Shown: positions 22,823 to 33,866 of the stretch, piece after piece
Position numbering within the stretch: position 1 is the stretch's first letter
Layout: each line of letters opens with the position of its first letter
Assembly (NCBI GenBank): GCA_032718475.1
Contig: JAUCBJ010007228.1
Location: 1 to 52,702, forward strand
Origin: Nemertoderma westbladi
Taxonomy: Eukaryota > Animalia > Xenacoelomorpha
Length of the DNA: 52,702 nt
Reading direction: 5' to 3'
Position numbers and translations under genes: made by a program
Notes under the pieces: model-generated
Told to the model about the DNA's origin: nothing
Databases searched by the model: none
Seen by the model: only the letters and a program-made list of their open reading frames with translations

Positions 22823-23962
22823 CTACATGGAATCTTTGTAATTGTTAAATATAGCAAAGTAAATAATGTTACACAACAAGAATAATGATGGAAAAACAAC
22901 CCGGCTCACTCGGTCGATATTTTTAACAGGGAATGTAACTTTTGGGTTCTCATCCAAAGCGCAAATGATAGTAAACTCAATAACTGCGGAGAAAACGAAG
23001 AAGAGGCCGATATCGAAATAAACATCCAAAGCTTTAACATACGAGACTTTGGGCAGATGGCTGTATATGTTGAGATGAAGTGTTAGCAGGGTGAGAACAG
23101 TCGTGACACCGATGGCACCTCGGGCAGGGAGACAACGATAGTCAACCCAAAACGCGACCCAAGACATAACAACAATGAGATTTAAAGGTATGAATACGAC
23201 AATAACATAAGAACTCAACAACCTATCAAATCGTAGATAAACATTCATCTCAGAAAATACACCCATGGAAGTTGAATCTATTGTCTTATTGAAGAATATG
23301 CGTTCGCATGTAATGCGATGGTGTTCAGAAAGGAATATTTCATCCAGGACATAGGCGCCTGTCATGTTGTCACGAAGGCGCTCAAATTCGAAAACGACAT
23401 CACTCTCTGGGTAACTATAACTCGTCAATATGATTGGGCAGAGCTGTGTGTCCATAGGGAAATCATACAGGTTAAATTCGCAATTGACTTTGACGCTGAG
23501 TCTTGATGATTCGTATATGACCCCATCAGGCCATAGTTGCATCCTTCTCGAAGTGCTCGTTCGGGTTCCAACATCTTCAAACTGGTTCTTTATGTACAAA
23601 TCGGGAGTCCAAATTCTATTCAAGAAATTGGGGTGAATTGTAATGAATTTGTTGTATTCTGGGAATTTGTCCCCGAATGATAAACTCACGTCTTTCCACT
23701 GCAAGTGAAGGAACATAACAGTGTCAAAGGTCATAGAAGCTCCGTTGATATTAGCAACGTTAAATATTCCTACACTGACTCCAACATGAAGCGGTTGGTC
23801 ACCTCCGGGTCTGTGATACATGTTGCCTTTACCCTCCGCTGATTCCACTAACTCCACAAGATGTTCCATGACTTCCTGAGGTACCGTTTTATTATATTGA
23901 CACCCTGAGTCAGTCCATAAAAGTGCAATACAAAGAAATGCGATAATTAGACGATGATACAT
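22823..23962 (-). CDS. Pentameric (Cys-loop) ligand-gated chloride channel subunit, GABA-A/glycine/GluCl-like, single coding exon
   Basis: Signal peptide; loop A IWTPDLY; Cys-loop CEFNLYDFPMDTQLC; M1 VFIPLNLIVVMSWVAFW; M2 PARGAIGVTTVLTL; LPKVSYVKALD; M3; IDRVSRVVFP-M4. Uninterrupted 379 aa. Confidence 0.95.
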   Translation of the reverse strand: MYHRLIIAFLCIALLWTDSGCQYNKTVPQEVMEHLVELVESAEGKGNMYHRPGGDQPLHVGVSVGIFNVANINGASMTFDTVMFLHLQWKDVSLSFGDKFPEYNKFITIHPNFLNRIWTPDLYIKNQFEDVGTRTSTSRRMQLWPDGVIYESSRLSVKVNCEFNLYDFPMDTQLCPIILTSYSYPESDVVFEFERLRDNMTGAYVLDEIFLSEHHRITCERIFFNKTIDSTSMGVFSEMNVYLRFDRLLSSYVIVVFIPLNLIVVMSWVAFWVDYRCLPARGAIGVTTVLTLLTLHLNIYSHLPKVSYVKALDVYFDIGLFFVFSAVIEFTIICALDENPKVTFPVKNIDRVSRVVFPSLFLLCNIIYFAIFNNYKDSM

Positions 23963-24083
23963 TGCTTAGATTTTGTAAAGTATATGAAGTCGATGTCACA
24001 AATAATGTATATATTGAAAATTATTTTGATGAAATATGAATCATTAATAATAATGTACTTATATTCTTCGTCACATTTTACGG

Positions 24084-24157
24084 AAGATTGAAAATATAGT
24101 AGCTGAACTCAGTAAATGGGGTCATTTACTGAGTTCAGCTACTATATTTTCAATCTT
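24084..24157. repeat. Perfect 35-bp inverted repeat with a 4-nt spacer
   Basis: aagattgaaaatatagtagctgaactcagtaaatg-gggt-catttactgagttcagctactatattttcaatctt. Confidence 0.92.
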
Positions 24158-24431
24158 TAATATATAAATCTATATAATTATATAAATAATAATATAAATC
24201 TCTAAAATATATATATATCAATAATAAAAAGTCGAGAGGTTAAATATGTTATGCTTTAAAAAAAAGATTTGTTTTCGTTATGATTTGGGGGGTAAGTCGT
24301 GTCACGGAATTACAACCAATTCCAGAACAAGATGTTTTCTTTTCGAAATCAAACTATTCGAAGAGATCGTTGGTCGAAACCCTTGTTGTATTCAAAACTA
24401 AAAATTATGGACCCCGATCACATGGATAGTT

Positions 24432-24680
24432 ATAAAACCCGAAAATAACGAAAATATCGAAATTATAAAACTATAAATAAAAGTTTTTAATTTTTAATTA
24501 ATAAAATCCGATGATTTCGCCCCATTTTCGACCCTAAAAGTATTTTAATACCAAATACAGTCTGCTGATTGGTTAACTTATTATTTCTTACTGGAATGAG
24601 AGATTTTGCAGATTGTTTTATAATTTTGATAGTTTCGTTGATTATTTCGCCACGCCTTTTTCGTTATTTTCGGGTTTTAT
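24432..24680. mobile_element. Small MITE-like element with 23-bp inverted repeats
   Basis: ataaaacccgaaaataacgaaaa (24432) and ttttcgttattttcgggttttat (24658-24680). Confidence 0.55.
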
Positions 24681-26869
24681 TCAAAAATTATAGATTTATT
24701 TTGTTTTTATATTATCGATCCATTTATAAATTGTAAATAAACTGTATTATTATAGGTAGGAATCTAATTAAGTAAAATATTTTTGCTATGTTGAACACAT
24801 GGTTTCCACTTATGTTGTTATGTAGAATAGTACAGCTACCTTTCGGCTAGTTTTTCCGTTTATATTAAATTATTACATGTCCTTTTAACTATACAGTAGA
24901 ATAATTTTATTACCCTGCAGTAAAACTGATGGATGGATGGTCTCGTGTACATACATTGTATTGAATTGAAAAAACAAATGGCGTATACATTCTTAATACT
25001 ACAAATTAATAGGTATCTTACAGCGCTATTCTATGATAGGCTTTCTATTGGTATCTTACAGCGCTATTCTATGATAGGCTTTCGGCTTTCTAAAGATGTT
25101 TTATTAAATTAGCCAGCTTTCAATATTATTACTGATGGTAAAATACGGCAGTTATTTTTATTTCCCATATTTTTGCTCATTTTGTCCCCTTTTTTAATCT
25201 ACTGTCCCCTTTTTTTCTCGAAATTACTTTAATATCCCCTTTTATTACTCTTGTAAAGGATTTCTCGTGCCTTCAGCACGATAAAGCTCCTAAACGGCTT
25301 TTTTTGTATCTCGAAAAATAGTTCCTAGTGCTGATACACTTTGTTTATTGTTTTGGTTTCTCAGTGAGAAAACTGACTTGAAAATAGCTCACAACAATAC
25401 ACGGTCCTTCAATGTAAAGTCCCACAATGGCTGTGCACGATCTACTGTAAAATGCCAACGTTGTAGGGCCTAATAATAGATACTAAAAGTACACAAACCA
25501 CTGCTTATGTCTTCCACTAAACTTGGGCGAATCAATAATTGCCCGGGCTAACTTGACAATCAGGGTAACCGACCGGTCCCTAACCGGGGAGGCAGAAGTA
25601 CAGTCTACAGAAACATACCAAACTCGCGAGAAACAATCCCGCGTAGAGAAAGAATCCTAACTAACGCGGATGGACCTAAAACTGCTGCAGACTTGCCGCG
25701 GTGTGATTTATATAGGTATAATAACGAGCCGCCAGTGAGTTGACCGAACACTAGCGTAAAGAACAATACTGCCGACAGAAAAAGCAGTCAAAAAAATAAT
25801 ATCAGTAGTAGAACATCAATCTTAAGATGCGTGTGTGTGTGCGTATGTTACGGTAAAATGCAATGTTTTATGACCTTTTATTACTAGGTTTTGGTGACTT
25901 TTAACAAAAAAAATTATTTTGGGCGCTAGCTACTAGAATAAGCTAGTCGCACTCTATAAGCGTGATACTTACAAACTGACGTCAAAGGGGCTCTCTCCTC
26001 CTATATTCACAACTCGATCGGGCAAATACGGTGTTAGTAACTACGCCCGTAATCGGCACACCTGATACCAGACTCTGATTGTGAAAATAGAGATAGAATG
26101 TTAATTGCTACCGTACCGCTAGCTGATCTGGTATTTATTTTGATTCTATATATTTTGAATTTTGGTGCCGTGGTATTATGCAGCAAATACCTAGCAGTAC
26201 GTGGCAAGGGCGCGGTAGGGTGTTAGTAACCGTCCTTTAGCCTAAATAGTATGCTGGTAGCAGAAAGTTGCCCTTTGCCTGAGTAAATACGTCAAACCCA
26301 TACAGATCAGTTGACAACACGGCCTACAGAGCTAACCGGCACTGAATAGCTAGTACAGTAAAGTCACCAAATTACGGAGTGTGCTGTTTGCACTTAGTGT
26401 ACAGTACCTGACCGCACTAAAACAGCACCAGCTCACACCTGTAAATTGTGCAGGTCAACCGTGGGATTTCTGTCTGGATCCAAGATATTTTACTCGTAAA
26501 TTTTACGGCGTCCCAGGGTGTCTTCACACTTCACCCTGATCTACGGTCTTACGGCGGGCAAAGGCGTCAAACGAAGTCTTACCTCTGGCATGGGCTATCT
26601 CAGGCTGTTGAATCATGGTCTAACTGGGCGTGGGCGATTAGTGCGGGTCTCTTATGTGTTGCAGGCATTTCTCCCCCCTTATGTTGTAACAAATTATTTT
26701 GTTACAACGAATTATTTTGCGTGATTAGAATATATATAGGGCATGCATATTTCAGTGTATTTCATACTAATAAAGTCGTTTCCATGTGCCCTGCCGGTGA
26801 ATTCCCCGGATCATTATCTATTTTACAAACTTTATTATTAGATTAGTTATTTACCATGTGTATACATCA

Positions 26870-27260
26870 ATGTTTAGTTTAGACTAGTTATTCTATGTTT
26901 ACTTTTTATATTTTCCATAAAATGGGATACGAGTAGGGGTCGAATCTGTGACCAGTTGTTTATCCTATTTTTAAATTTTCATGAGCAGAGGTCTAACCCC
27001 AAACTTACTTTGTATTGGTTTTATATTGTCCGTGAGTAGGATTCGAACCCGTGACCACCTGTGTATCCTATTTTATGCTTAGTTTTTATATATTTCCGCG
27101 AATAGGGTTCAAACCTGTGAGCTGTGACCATCTGTTTTTCCTATTTTATGTTTAGTTTAGTCTAGTTATTCTATGTTTTCTTGTTATATTTTCCATAAAA
27201 CGGGTACGAGTAGGGGTCGAACCTGTGATTACTGGTTTAACTTATTTTATGTTTAGTTAC
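26870..27260 (-). repeat. Degenerate tandem array carrying tRNA T-arm/B-box motifs
   Basis: gagtaggggtcgaatc (26931), gagtaggattcgaaccc (27034), gaatagggttcaaacc (27100), gagtaggggtcgaacc (27208); the minus strand reads GGTTCGAATCC-like. Confidence 0.6.
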
Positions 27261-27526
27261 TCCATGTTAAAGTGAATTTTCGCATTATATTTATTTTAAA
27301 ACACTTAGCTGTTTTACTTACTTTATATATTGGTCACCTACTTTATGTTAAATTATAAATGTATGTTACAATTATTATTTATATTATAAAAACAGAAATA
27401 ATCGAGTTATATTGCATTATACAAGAGCAATAAATTACAATATATGAGCTGTTAATTTTTCTTATTCATACTAAACAAATGTTGGTCTTCAAATCAGTCC
27501 TTATCGGGTAGAACTACAGTATAATA

Positions 27527-28110
27527 ATGAGTGGGTCTATAGATGTGCGGTTTAGGTTTGGTGCCACAATGTTAATGGCTGGCCCTTCTGGCAGTGGTAA
27601 AACTATATTTGGGACAAATATTACGCAATAGTAAGCAAATTTTTGAGGCGCAACCATCAGAGATTATTTGGATATATATATGGGCAAACTAAACCGGTTG
27701 TGAAAGGTGTCAATACTTAAATGAAACACTTTAATCAAAATGTAAAAAGACAGAGTGTGATTATATTTGATGATTTAATGTCTGAGAGAAACAACAATAT
27801 AAGTATATACAGATAAATAAACAAATAAACAATGTTATAAATTAAGCTCTTTATCAACAACGTTGCGCGCTATACGCATTCTTTTGTAATTTTTTTTTTA
27901 CCGCAAACCCTATTTCAAAAAGGGGGAAGCATGTACTCGATCTATTAACTCTACATATGTTTTACTATTTAAGAATCAGCGTGATTTAACTCAGATTAGA
28001 ACCTTAGCCTATCAGATGAACCCAAATAGTCCAAAATTCTTAATTAGCGACCTTAGCCTATCAGATGAACCCAAATAGTCCAAAATTTTTAATTAGCGCT
28101 TACCACAACC
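27527..28110 (+). pseudogene. Polinton/Maverick (adintovirus-like) FtsK-HerA/A32-type DNA packaging ATPase, frameshifted
   Basis: Manual translation: MSGSIDVRFRFGATMLMAGPSGSGKTIF (Walker A), ILRNSKQIFEAQPSEIIWIY, SVIIFDDLMSE (Walker B), FVIFFLPQTLFQKG, SINSTYVLLFKNQRDLTQIRTLAYQMNP. A duplication of about 49 bp lies at 28002-28098. Confidence 0.85.
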
Positions 28111-28339
28111 TATATTTATGGATTTATAAGTATATTGAGTAACAATGAGAATGTTGTTTTATATGAATTTAAATATTAATAATTTAAAAGGAATTAATAA
28201 CAGAATTTTTAAAATACAAAAAGTCAAATACAATTTTTAATTTTAATTTCCACCACTACCAAAATTAAATTTAGTAAGATATGTACATCCCTCCACCAAA
28301 CACAAGTCTAAAACTTGGATTCAGTACCGGTCTTGGAGG

Positions 28340-28888
28340 TCAAACCCCCGCAGGCCGCCTACCGCCACGCAGGCACAGGGAGTTTGAGCGCAGCAGCGCA
28401 AACAATAGGCGCCTCCGCACTCCGCCCAGCACACAGGCTAGGCCTCGCTCGCGCATCCCACGCTGCCGGGCCACCAGGGTCTCCGTGAGGTGGTGGATTA
28501 GGATATCGGCCTCCTTGCACCACACCCCGTCGGTGGTTCCGACTAGGGGGGTGAAGGAGATCCGACGGTCCTCGCACACTGCGGCATAGTGTACCTTCTT
28601 GGCGCGGACCCTCTGGAGAATGGAGTCTAGGGACCGGTTAACATAAGAGGGGGCATCAGCGTTTACAACCGCAATGTCAAATGACGCCACCCTCTGTTCG
28701 GCCCAGACTCCCCTCGCCAGGAGGTCCGCCCTTACTCCACCCACCTCACGGCCCTGTCTGTCCAGGTAGCCGGACGCCAACGTAACCTCACGCTGGACGC
28801 ACGAGCCCCCGAACGCGGACGCGGTTAAGTCCCCGAAGACCTCCCGCACCTCGTTGTGCCGCTTGATAATCAAGCCTCCGACTTGCAA
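28340..28888 (-). pseudogene. CRE C-terminal zinc knuckle and restriction-like endonuclease segment
   Basis: GGLIIKRHNEVR, RADLLARGVW, FDIAVVNADAPSY, KKVHY, FTPLVGTTDG. Confidence 0.85.
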
Positions 28889-29864
28889 TTAAGGGCGTGG
28901 GACGTCGAAAAAGACTCCCCACACCCCTCGCACTTAGCCGGGCGGCGTCAACCCATACCGCAAGGCAAGGTTGTCCCGGAACATTTCGTCGTCCAGGTCG
29001 GTGTGGTCCACCGCTGAAGGCTGAGCGGTCAGCCACCCTCCCGTCTTGTGGGAGACTGTGCGCTCCACCATGCGGCGCCGTTAGGCAGGAACAGCGAGGA
29101 GGGCGGACCCCAGTATCGCCTTGTAAGCCGCATCTTGGGTAATGCGGCTTTCAGTGAGGGCCGACGCGAGACACGCGGCGTGGTCTGCGACCTGGAGGGG
29201 GCGGTCCGACAGCAGCGCATCAACCACCCCAGCTGTGCCGGCCAGCGACGCCTCTCTAGCGTGGCACCGTCGCATTAACGGGTCCTGAATCCCGATCCCG
29301 CCGTGTCGGACTGGCAAAAGAACCAAGTCTTCGTCAACAGCACCGAGGGGTATCCCGAACAATGCCGGGATGTAACTGCGCTGCAGCGCCTCCCGGATCG
29401 GAGCCAAATCCACATCATCGATTTCAACCACCCAGAGTAGGAAGTCCCACTCCGCTTGTAAGCAGCGGGACATTCCCGTATGAGCGGTCTGGGGATAATC
29501 CTCGGCCACCTCCACCAATCTACCGATACTGTAGACCCACCCTGCAACTTTCTCCGCGATGAAACCCCGCAGTCCCTGGGCATCACCACCATAACACCCC
29601 CGGAAACCTGTGACCGGAGACGAACTGAACGCCCGACCTCCTAAACATCTTGTGTGCCTGCTCAACATACGCCGGTTTCACCACCAAGTAGGACTTGGTG
29701 GGCTCCGGGTTGTACCCAATTTGGGATCCACTGAGGAGCAACTCCTCCCACCAACAGAGCACACCAGCGAGGGAACCAGCAGATGAGGCATCATCGGCAT
29801 ACCAGCACTGTCTTTGGTGGTGCGGTGTTGGGTCGCCAGGCGGGGTCGATGGCGGGTTGTCGGG

Positions 29865-30440
29865 TGTGACGGGATTAGAGGATCCCGACCAGTTTGGTTT
29901 ATATACGCGTCCCTGCCGTGCGAATGAAAGAAAAGAGTTTGTCGTTCTTCCAGTATTATTGATAAGATATATGTATGTTAATAAGATAGACAGAGTAATG
30001 ACAGCACAGTATACCGGTAATGATATTGTGTATTGGTGACGGTGACGTATTAAAGTGTCACCGTTCTGCCCTAAGTGACTGAGCAAACTACTGAGTAAAC
30101 TAAATGGGAAATGGAATACCAACCGGTAATATACTACACTAGGTTGGCCCTATTACTCAGCGGATGCGCTACTCTGGCTCCCCATTGGCCAGTAACCTAA
30201 TTCTCGCCCTCAACTCTGTGGGAGTATTTCCCCCCCCCCCCCCCCCCCACTGCTGTTACTTTCCCCTCCCGGAGGTTTAACCTCTGACCTCCATTGTGTG
30301 CGGCCCTTTGGGGTTTGTCGTCCCCGTTTATTGGGGGTGATACGAGGTTGATTGGTAATCAACCTCGTGCTTCCCAATATTGCTCAAAGGCGCCCTTTCC
30401 CAACTTTATGGGGTGGTTAGCGGAATTGAATCCGCTAACA
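29865..30440 (-). mobile_element. Solo LTR (576 bp) of a family related to the Bel element at 8623
   Basis: Minus-strand ends tgttagcggattcaattccgc and cgggatcctctaatcccgtcaca match the Bel LTR ends. TSD tcggg (29860-29864)/ccggg (30441-30445). Confidence 0.88.
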
Positions 30441-31118
30441 CCGGGTAGGGTTGACGGCGGGTCGCCAGGCAGGGGAGAAGGCGGATTGCCGGGTAGGGTC
30501 AACGGCGGGTTGCCGGGTAGGGTCAACGGCGGGTTATCGGGTAAGGTAGATGGCGGGTCGCCAAGCAGGGACGACGGCGGGTTGCCGGGTAGGGTTGACG
30601 ACGGGTCGCCAGGCAGGGTCAGCGGCGGATTGCCGGGTAGGGTCGACGGCGGGTTGCCGGGTAGGGTCGAAGGCGGGTTATCGGGTAAGGTAGACGGCGG
30701 GTCGCCAAGCAGGGACGATGGTGGGTTGCCGGGTAGGGTCAACGGCGGGTTGCTGGGTAGGGTCGGCGGCAGGATGCCGGGTAGGGTCGATGGCGTGTTG
30801 CCAGGTAGGATCAACAGCGGGTTACCAGATAGGGTCGACGGCAGGTTGCCGGGTAGGGTCAACGGCGGGTTGCCGGGTAGGGTCGACGGCGGGTTGTCGG
30901 GTAGGGTCGACGGCGGGTTGCCGGGTAGGATCAATGGCGGGTTACCGGATAGGGTCGACTGCGGGTTGCCGGGTAAGGTCAACGGCGAGTTACCGGATAG
31001 CGTCGACGGCGAGTTGCAGGGTAAGGTCGATGGCGAGTCGCCGTGCAGGATCGACGGCAGGTTACCAGGCAGGGTCGACGAAGGGATGACAGGTAGGGAC
31101 GACAGCGGGTTGCCAGGA
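30441..31118 (-). repeat. 24-bp in-frame coding minisatellite (LPGNPPST)n inside the CRE RT
   Basis: ttgccgggtagggtcgacggcggg repeated about 28 times, plus about 2 units at 29830-29864. Confidence 0.92.
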
Positions 31119-33442
31119 CACTTAGGTATCCGGAGGTCCCGTAGCCTCCGTATCATGGGAAGGGTCCCACAGCCATACCCAAGCATGGCGGCCGGGTCGC
31201 CCTGGATGTACCCTTCCCTCCTCCAGAGCGGTACATCAGACCCTTGTAAGAAGAGAGCGGCGTGGCCGTTGTATGCATTAAAGAGGTAACGGGAACACCG
31301 GTGCCAGTAGACCCGCGCATTCCAAAGGGCCATGGGGCGACTCAAACTGTTAAAGGCATTAGAGGCGTCTACGAGGAGCATCCCCTCGATGGAGTCGTCC
31401 TCATACAATGAAGCCATCGCATGGACGGCGCCCTCGACACCCACCTTAACACCCGCACAGAGTTGATCCACCCCGCATTCCACGATGAAATCCATCTTTG
31501 TGGCGGCTGTGAGGCAGTTAGTCAGCAACCGGTACAGGACCTCCCCAATGCCGATGGGGCGGACACTGGGTTCCTTGTCAATTGCGACGAGGCGACAGGC
31601 ACGCAGCGCGCGGATCTCGCCCCAAGGTACCACCGAGTGGGCGAGGCGTCGAGCCAACCCAGCAACGGCCTCCCTGAGGCGGGAGCTGTGCGCCTCGTAG
31701 CGGGTAAGCAACGCACTCCATAATTCGGGGTCTCCGCCGATCGGACCAGCTCCACCACATAGCACTCGAGTAACCTTGAGGACGTGCTGACCAGTAATGT
31801 CGACATCCTCGAAGGCTGGTAGGTCGTCACAGGGTTCAAACGCGTCCGGCGAAACCTGCATCTGAGGGGGATGTTTTTCCGCCAGAACCTCACGTACGGT
31901 AATCCCAGGTGCTCGCCCTCTGCCTGGGAATTGGGGTCTAAAATTCCACCACTGTCCCTCTCGGTAATGAGACGAACTGCCGCCCGATTCTGTCCCACCA
32001 GTATTTTCCGATTATACAACTGACCCGGGTTTACTTTTGCCGATCCCCAGGACTTAGCGAACTTGGAGCTGCAGCACTCCGCCTCCACCACCAGCTGCTT
32101 ATACTCCTCTCGCTCCCACATGCCAATCCGGCGCAGCATAGTACGCCGAATATCCGCACTTTTAGTCAAGTCTGGGTCTCGCTGGAATATGGTAGCCACG
32201 CAACAGAGTGATCGTTCCGAGGGGTGGATACCGTCCATCAGAAATACCAGCTCGCGAGCGACTAAGTTGGCGATTTTGCGTCCCACATTGCCACCCGGCA
32301 CAATAGACTGGAAACAAGTAAAGCAGGTGAGGCGGGAATAATTGGCCTCCCAATACGGATCGGTGGAAGAGCCAGGAGAGTTTAACCACTGGCCACCGAA
32401 GGCCGACTCCAAAAGCTCCACAGTGGTAGGGAATGGAGGAGAACTCGCACTCCCAGGCAAAGATAACAGAGGAGAAACAGTGTCGACGACTCGGGGAATC
32501 TGAGTTATCTGAGTTATCGCACTCGAAAACGAATCAGTATCCGAGCTATCCCCATCCGAGTCGTCGCCAGTGGATTCATGCAGCAGAGTGTCATCCACTA
32601 CGGGACTAGTGGAGGCCCCCGATATGAGATGTGGGTTCAAGCAATTGCCAACAGACAAAGGCGAGCAGCTGGTGCAGGGTTGCCCGGCACGGACACAACA
32701 ACAACGACTAGAAGTGGTAAAAGCGCAGATCTCACACTGACAGCACCGTTGGGACGACGACTGCCCTGAGACATAACTGACCGAATAGACAAACCGATTG
32801 AACCAGACGAACCATCCAAGGAGAGAGACTCGCGGTCACGAAACTGAACTCATCAACAAAATATCAACAAATATCAACAAATAAACAAAAACCACAAACC
32901 AAGTGTAATAATATACCGTATTATAATATACCAATTTATGGATTTATAGCATTCAAAGTGCATGAAAATTTACATCATCTTAACCGAAAATAGTTAGAAA
33001 CAACAAAATAAGTATAGATAGCTAAACAAATAAATAATAATATAAATTAAGCTCTTTATCAACAGCCGAGTTCTTTGTGAATCTTTTTCTCCGCTCCATA
33101 GAATTATAACTCGCTAGTTCCCCATTAGTAACACTAATTTAATCGTTTTCACAACTTTATCAGCCACCGCTCTAGAACAACTGCGTTCCCAATCCTCCCA
33201 TCTCGCTTGCTCCAGCGAAAAACTATCTCTGAGCCCTCAGTGATAGAATATCTTTTAGCCTATGAGAAAATAAATAATTTCTTTTATAATTAAATAATAT
33301 CTTATTATTTAAGTAATTGCTTTATCTTGGTAATTCGAATAACTTTAAAATTATTTTATTTACTCAAATTAATTTCTGCTCAATCTGCATATTGCTTTAA
33401 CCTATTTTATTATATCATATTATAAAGGAATGTTAGTATTAA

Positions 33443-33866
33443 TTAAAACTTACACCATGGTTCCTCACTAAAATCTTCTGATTCCTCCCAGTTTTCCTGA
33501 GGAAAGGAATCTATGTACCGGTTCTCCTCGGCCGCCGCTATCTCTTCCTCGATATATTCTTCATAAAGATAGCGGTCATACCAGTTGGAGGAGCTCCGGA
33601 GGCCTTCCACTCGCGCTTCCCCCATTTCCCGAATCGCGAGCTCCGGCTCAATCATCCCACACCATTTCCTCAGACTCATCTCTGAGATGTTGCAGGTATG
33701 GAGTGACTGCTTCCGGCTCCGGCCAGCTCTCCGTAGTCTGCGTGCAAGTTGTATTTGTTCTGGTTGTGTTGGGGGTGTTGGACCCAGTGGTGATGGGTGT
33801 AGCTGTGGTGGTGGTGGAGACCGGTGCCATGAGGGCAGCTAGCTGGGTGCTGGTGGTGGAATCCAT
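33443..33866 (-). other. Small Thr-rich/acidic ORF, probably one gene with a frameshift; function unknown
   Basis: Overlapping ORFs 33648..33866 and 33443..33679 in a GC-richer island; TATATAAA at 33999-33992 upstream and AATAAA downstream. Confidence 0.3.

Larger units (their letters stand above)
29081..31861 (-). pseudogene. CRE reverse transcriptase region, interrupted by a repeat and a solo LTR
   Basis: ORFs 30359..31861 (motifs up to QGDP), 29583..30122 (WYADD, GYNPEPTKS) and 29081..29668 (thumb region). Confidence 0.85.
28230..32880 (-). mobile_element. CRE-clade non-LTR retrotransposon (RT plus restriction-like endonuclease), near full length and frameshifted
   Basis: N-terminal Cys cluster; RT motifs RLVAIDKEPSVRPIGIGE, LVDASNAFNSL, QGDP, WYADD; LPVRHGGIGI; HALNC/RHNEVR knuckle; RADLLARGVW...FDIAV...FTPLV RLE. 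Outer boundaries are approximate. Confidence 0.88.

Noticed and set aside
25012-25084. 38-bp tandem duplication as a regulatory element
   Set aside because: Simple local duplication with no further support; the same holds for the 27-bp duplication at about 44990-45050.
30294-31289. Collagen- or elastin-like Gly-rich ORF on the plus strand
   Set aside because: Antisense reading of the 24-bp repeat; it starts inside the solo LTR.
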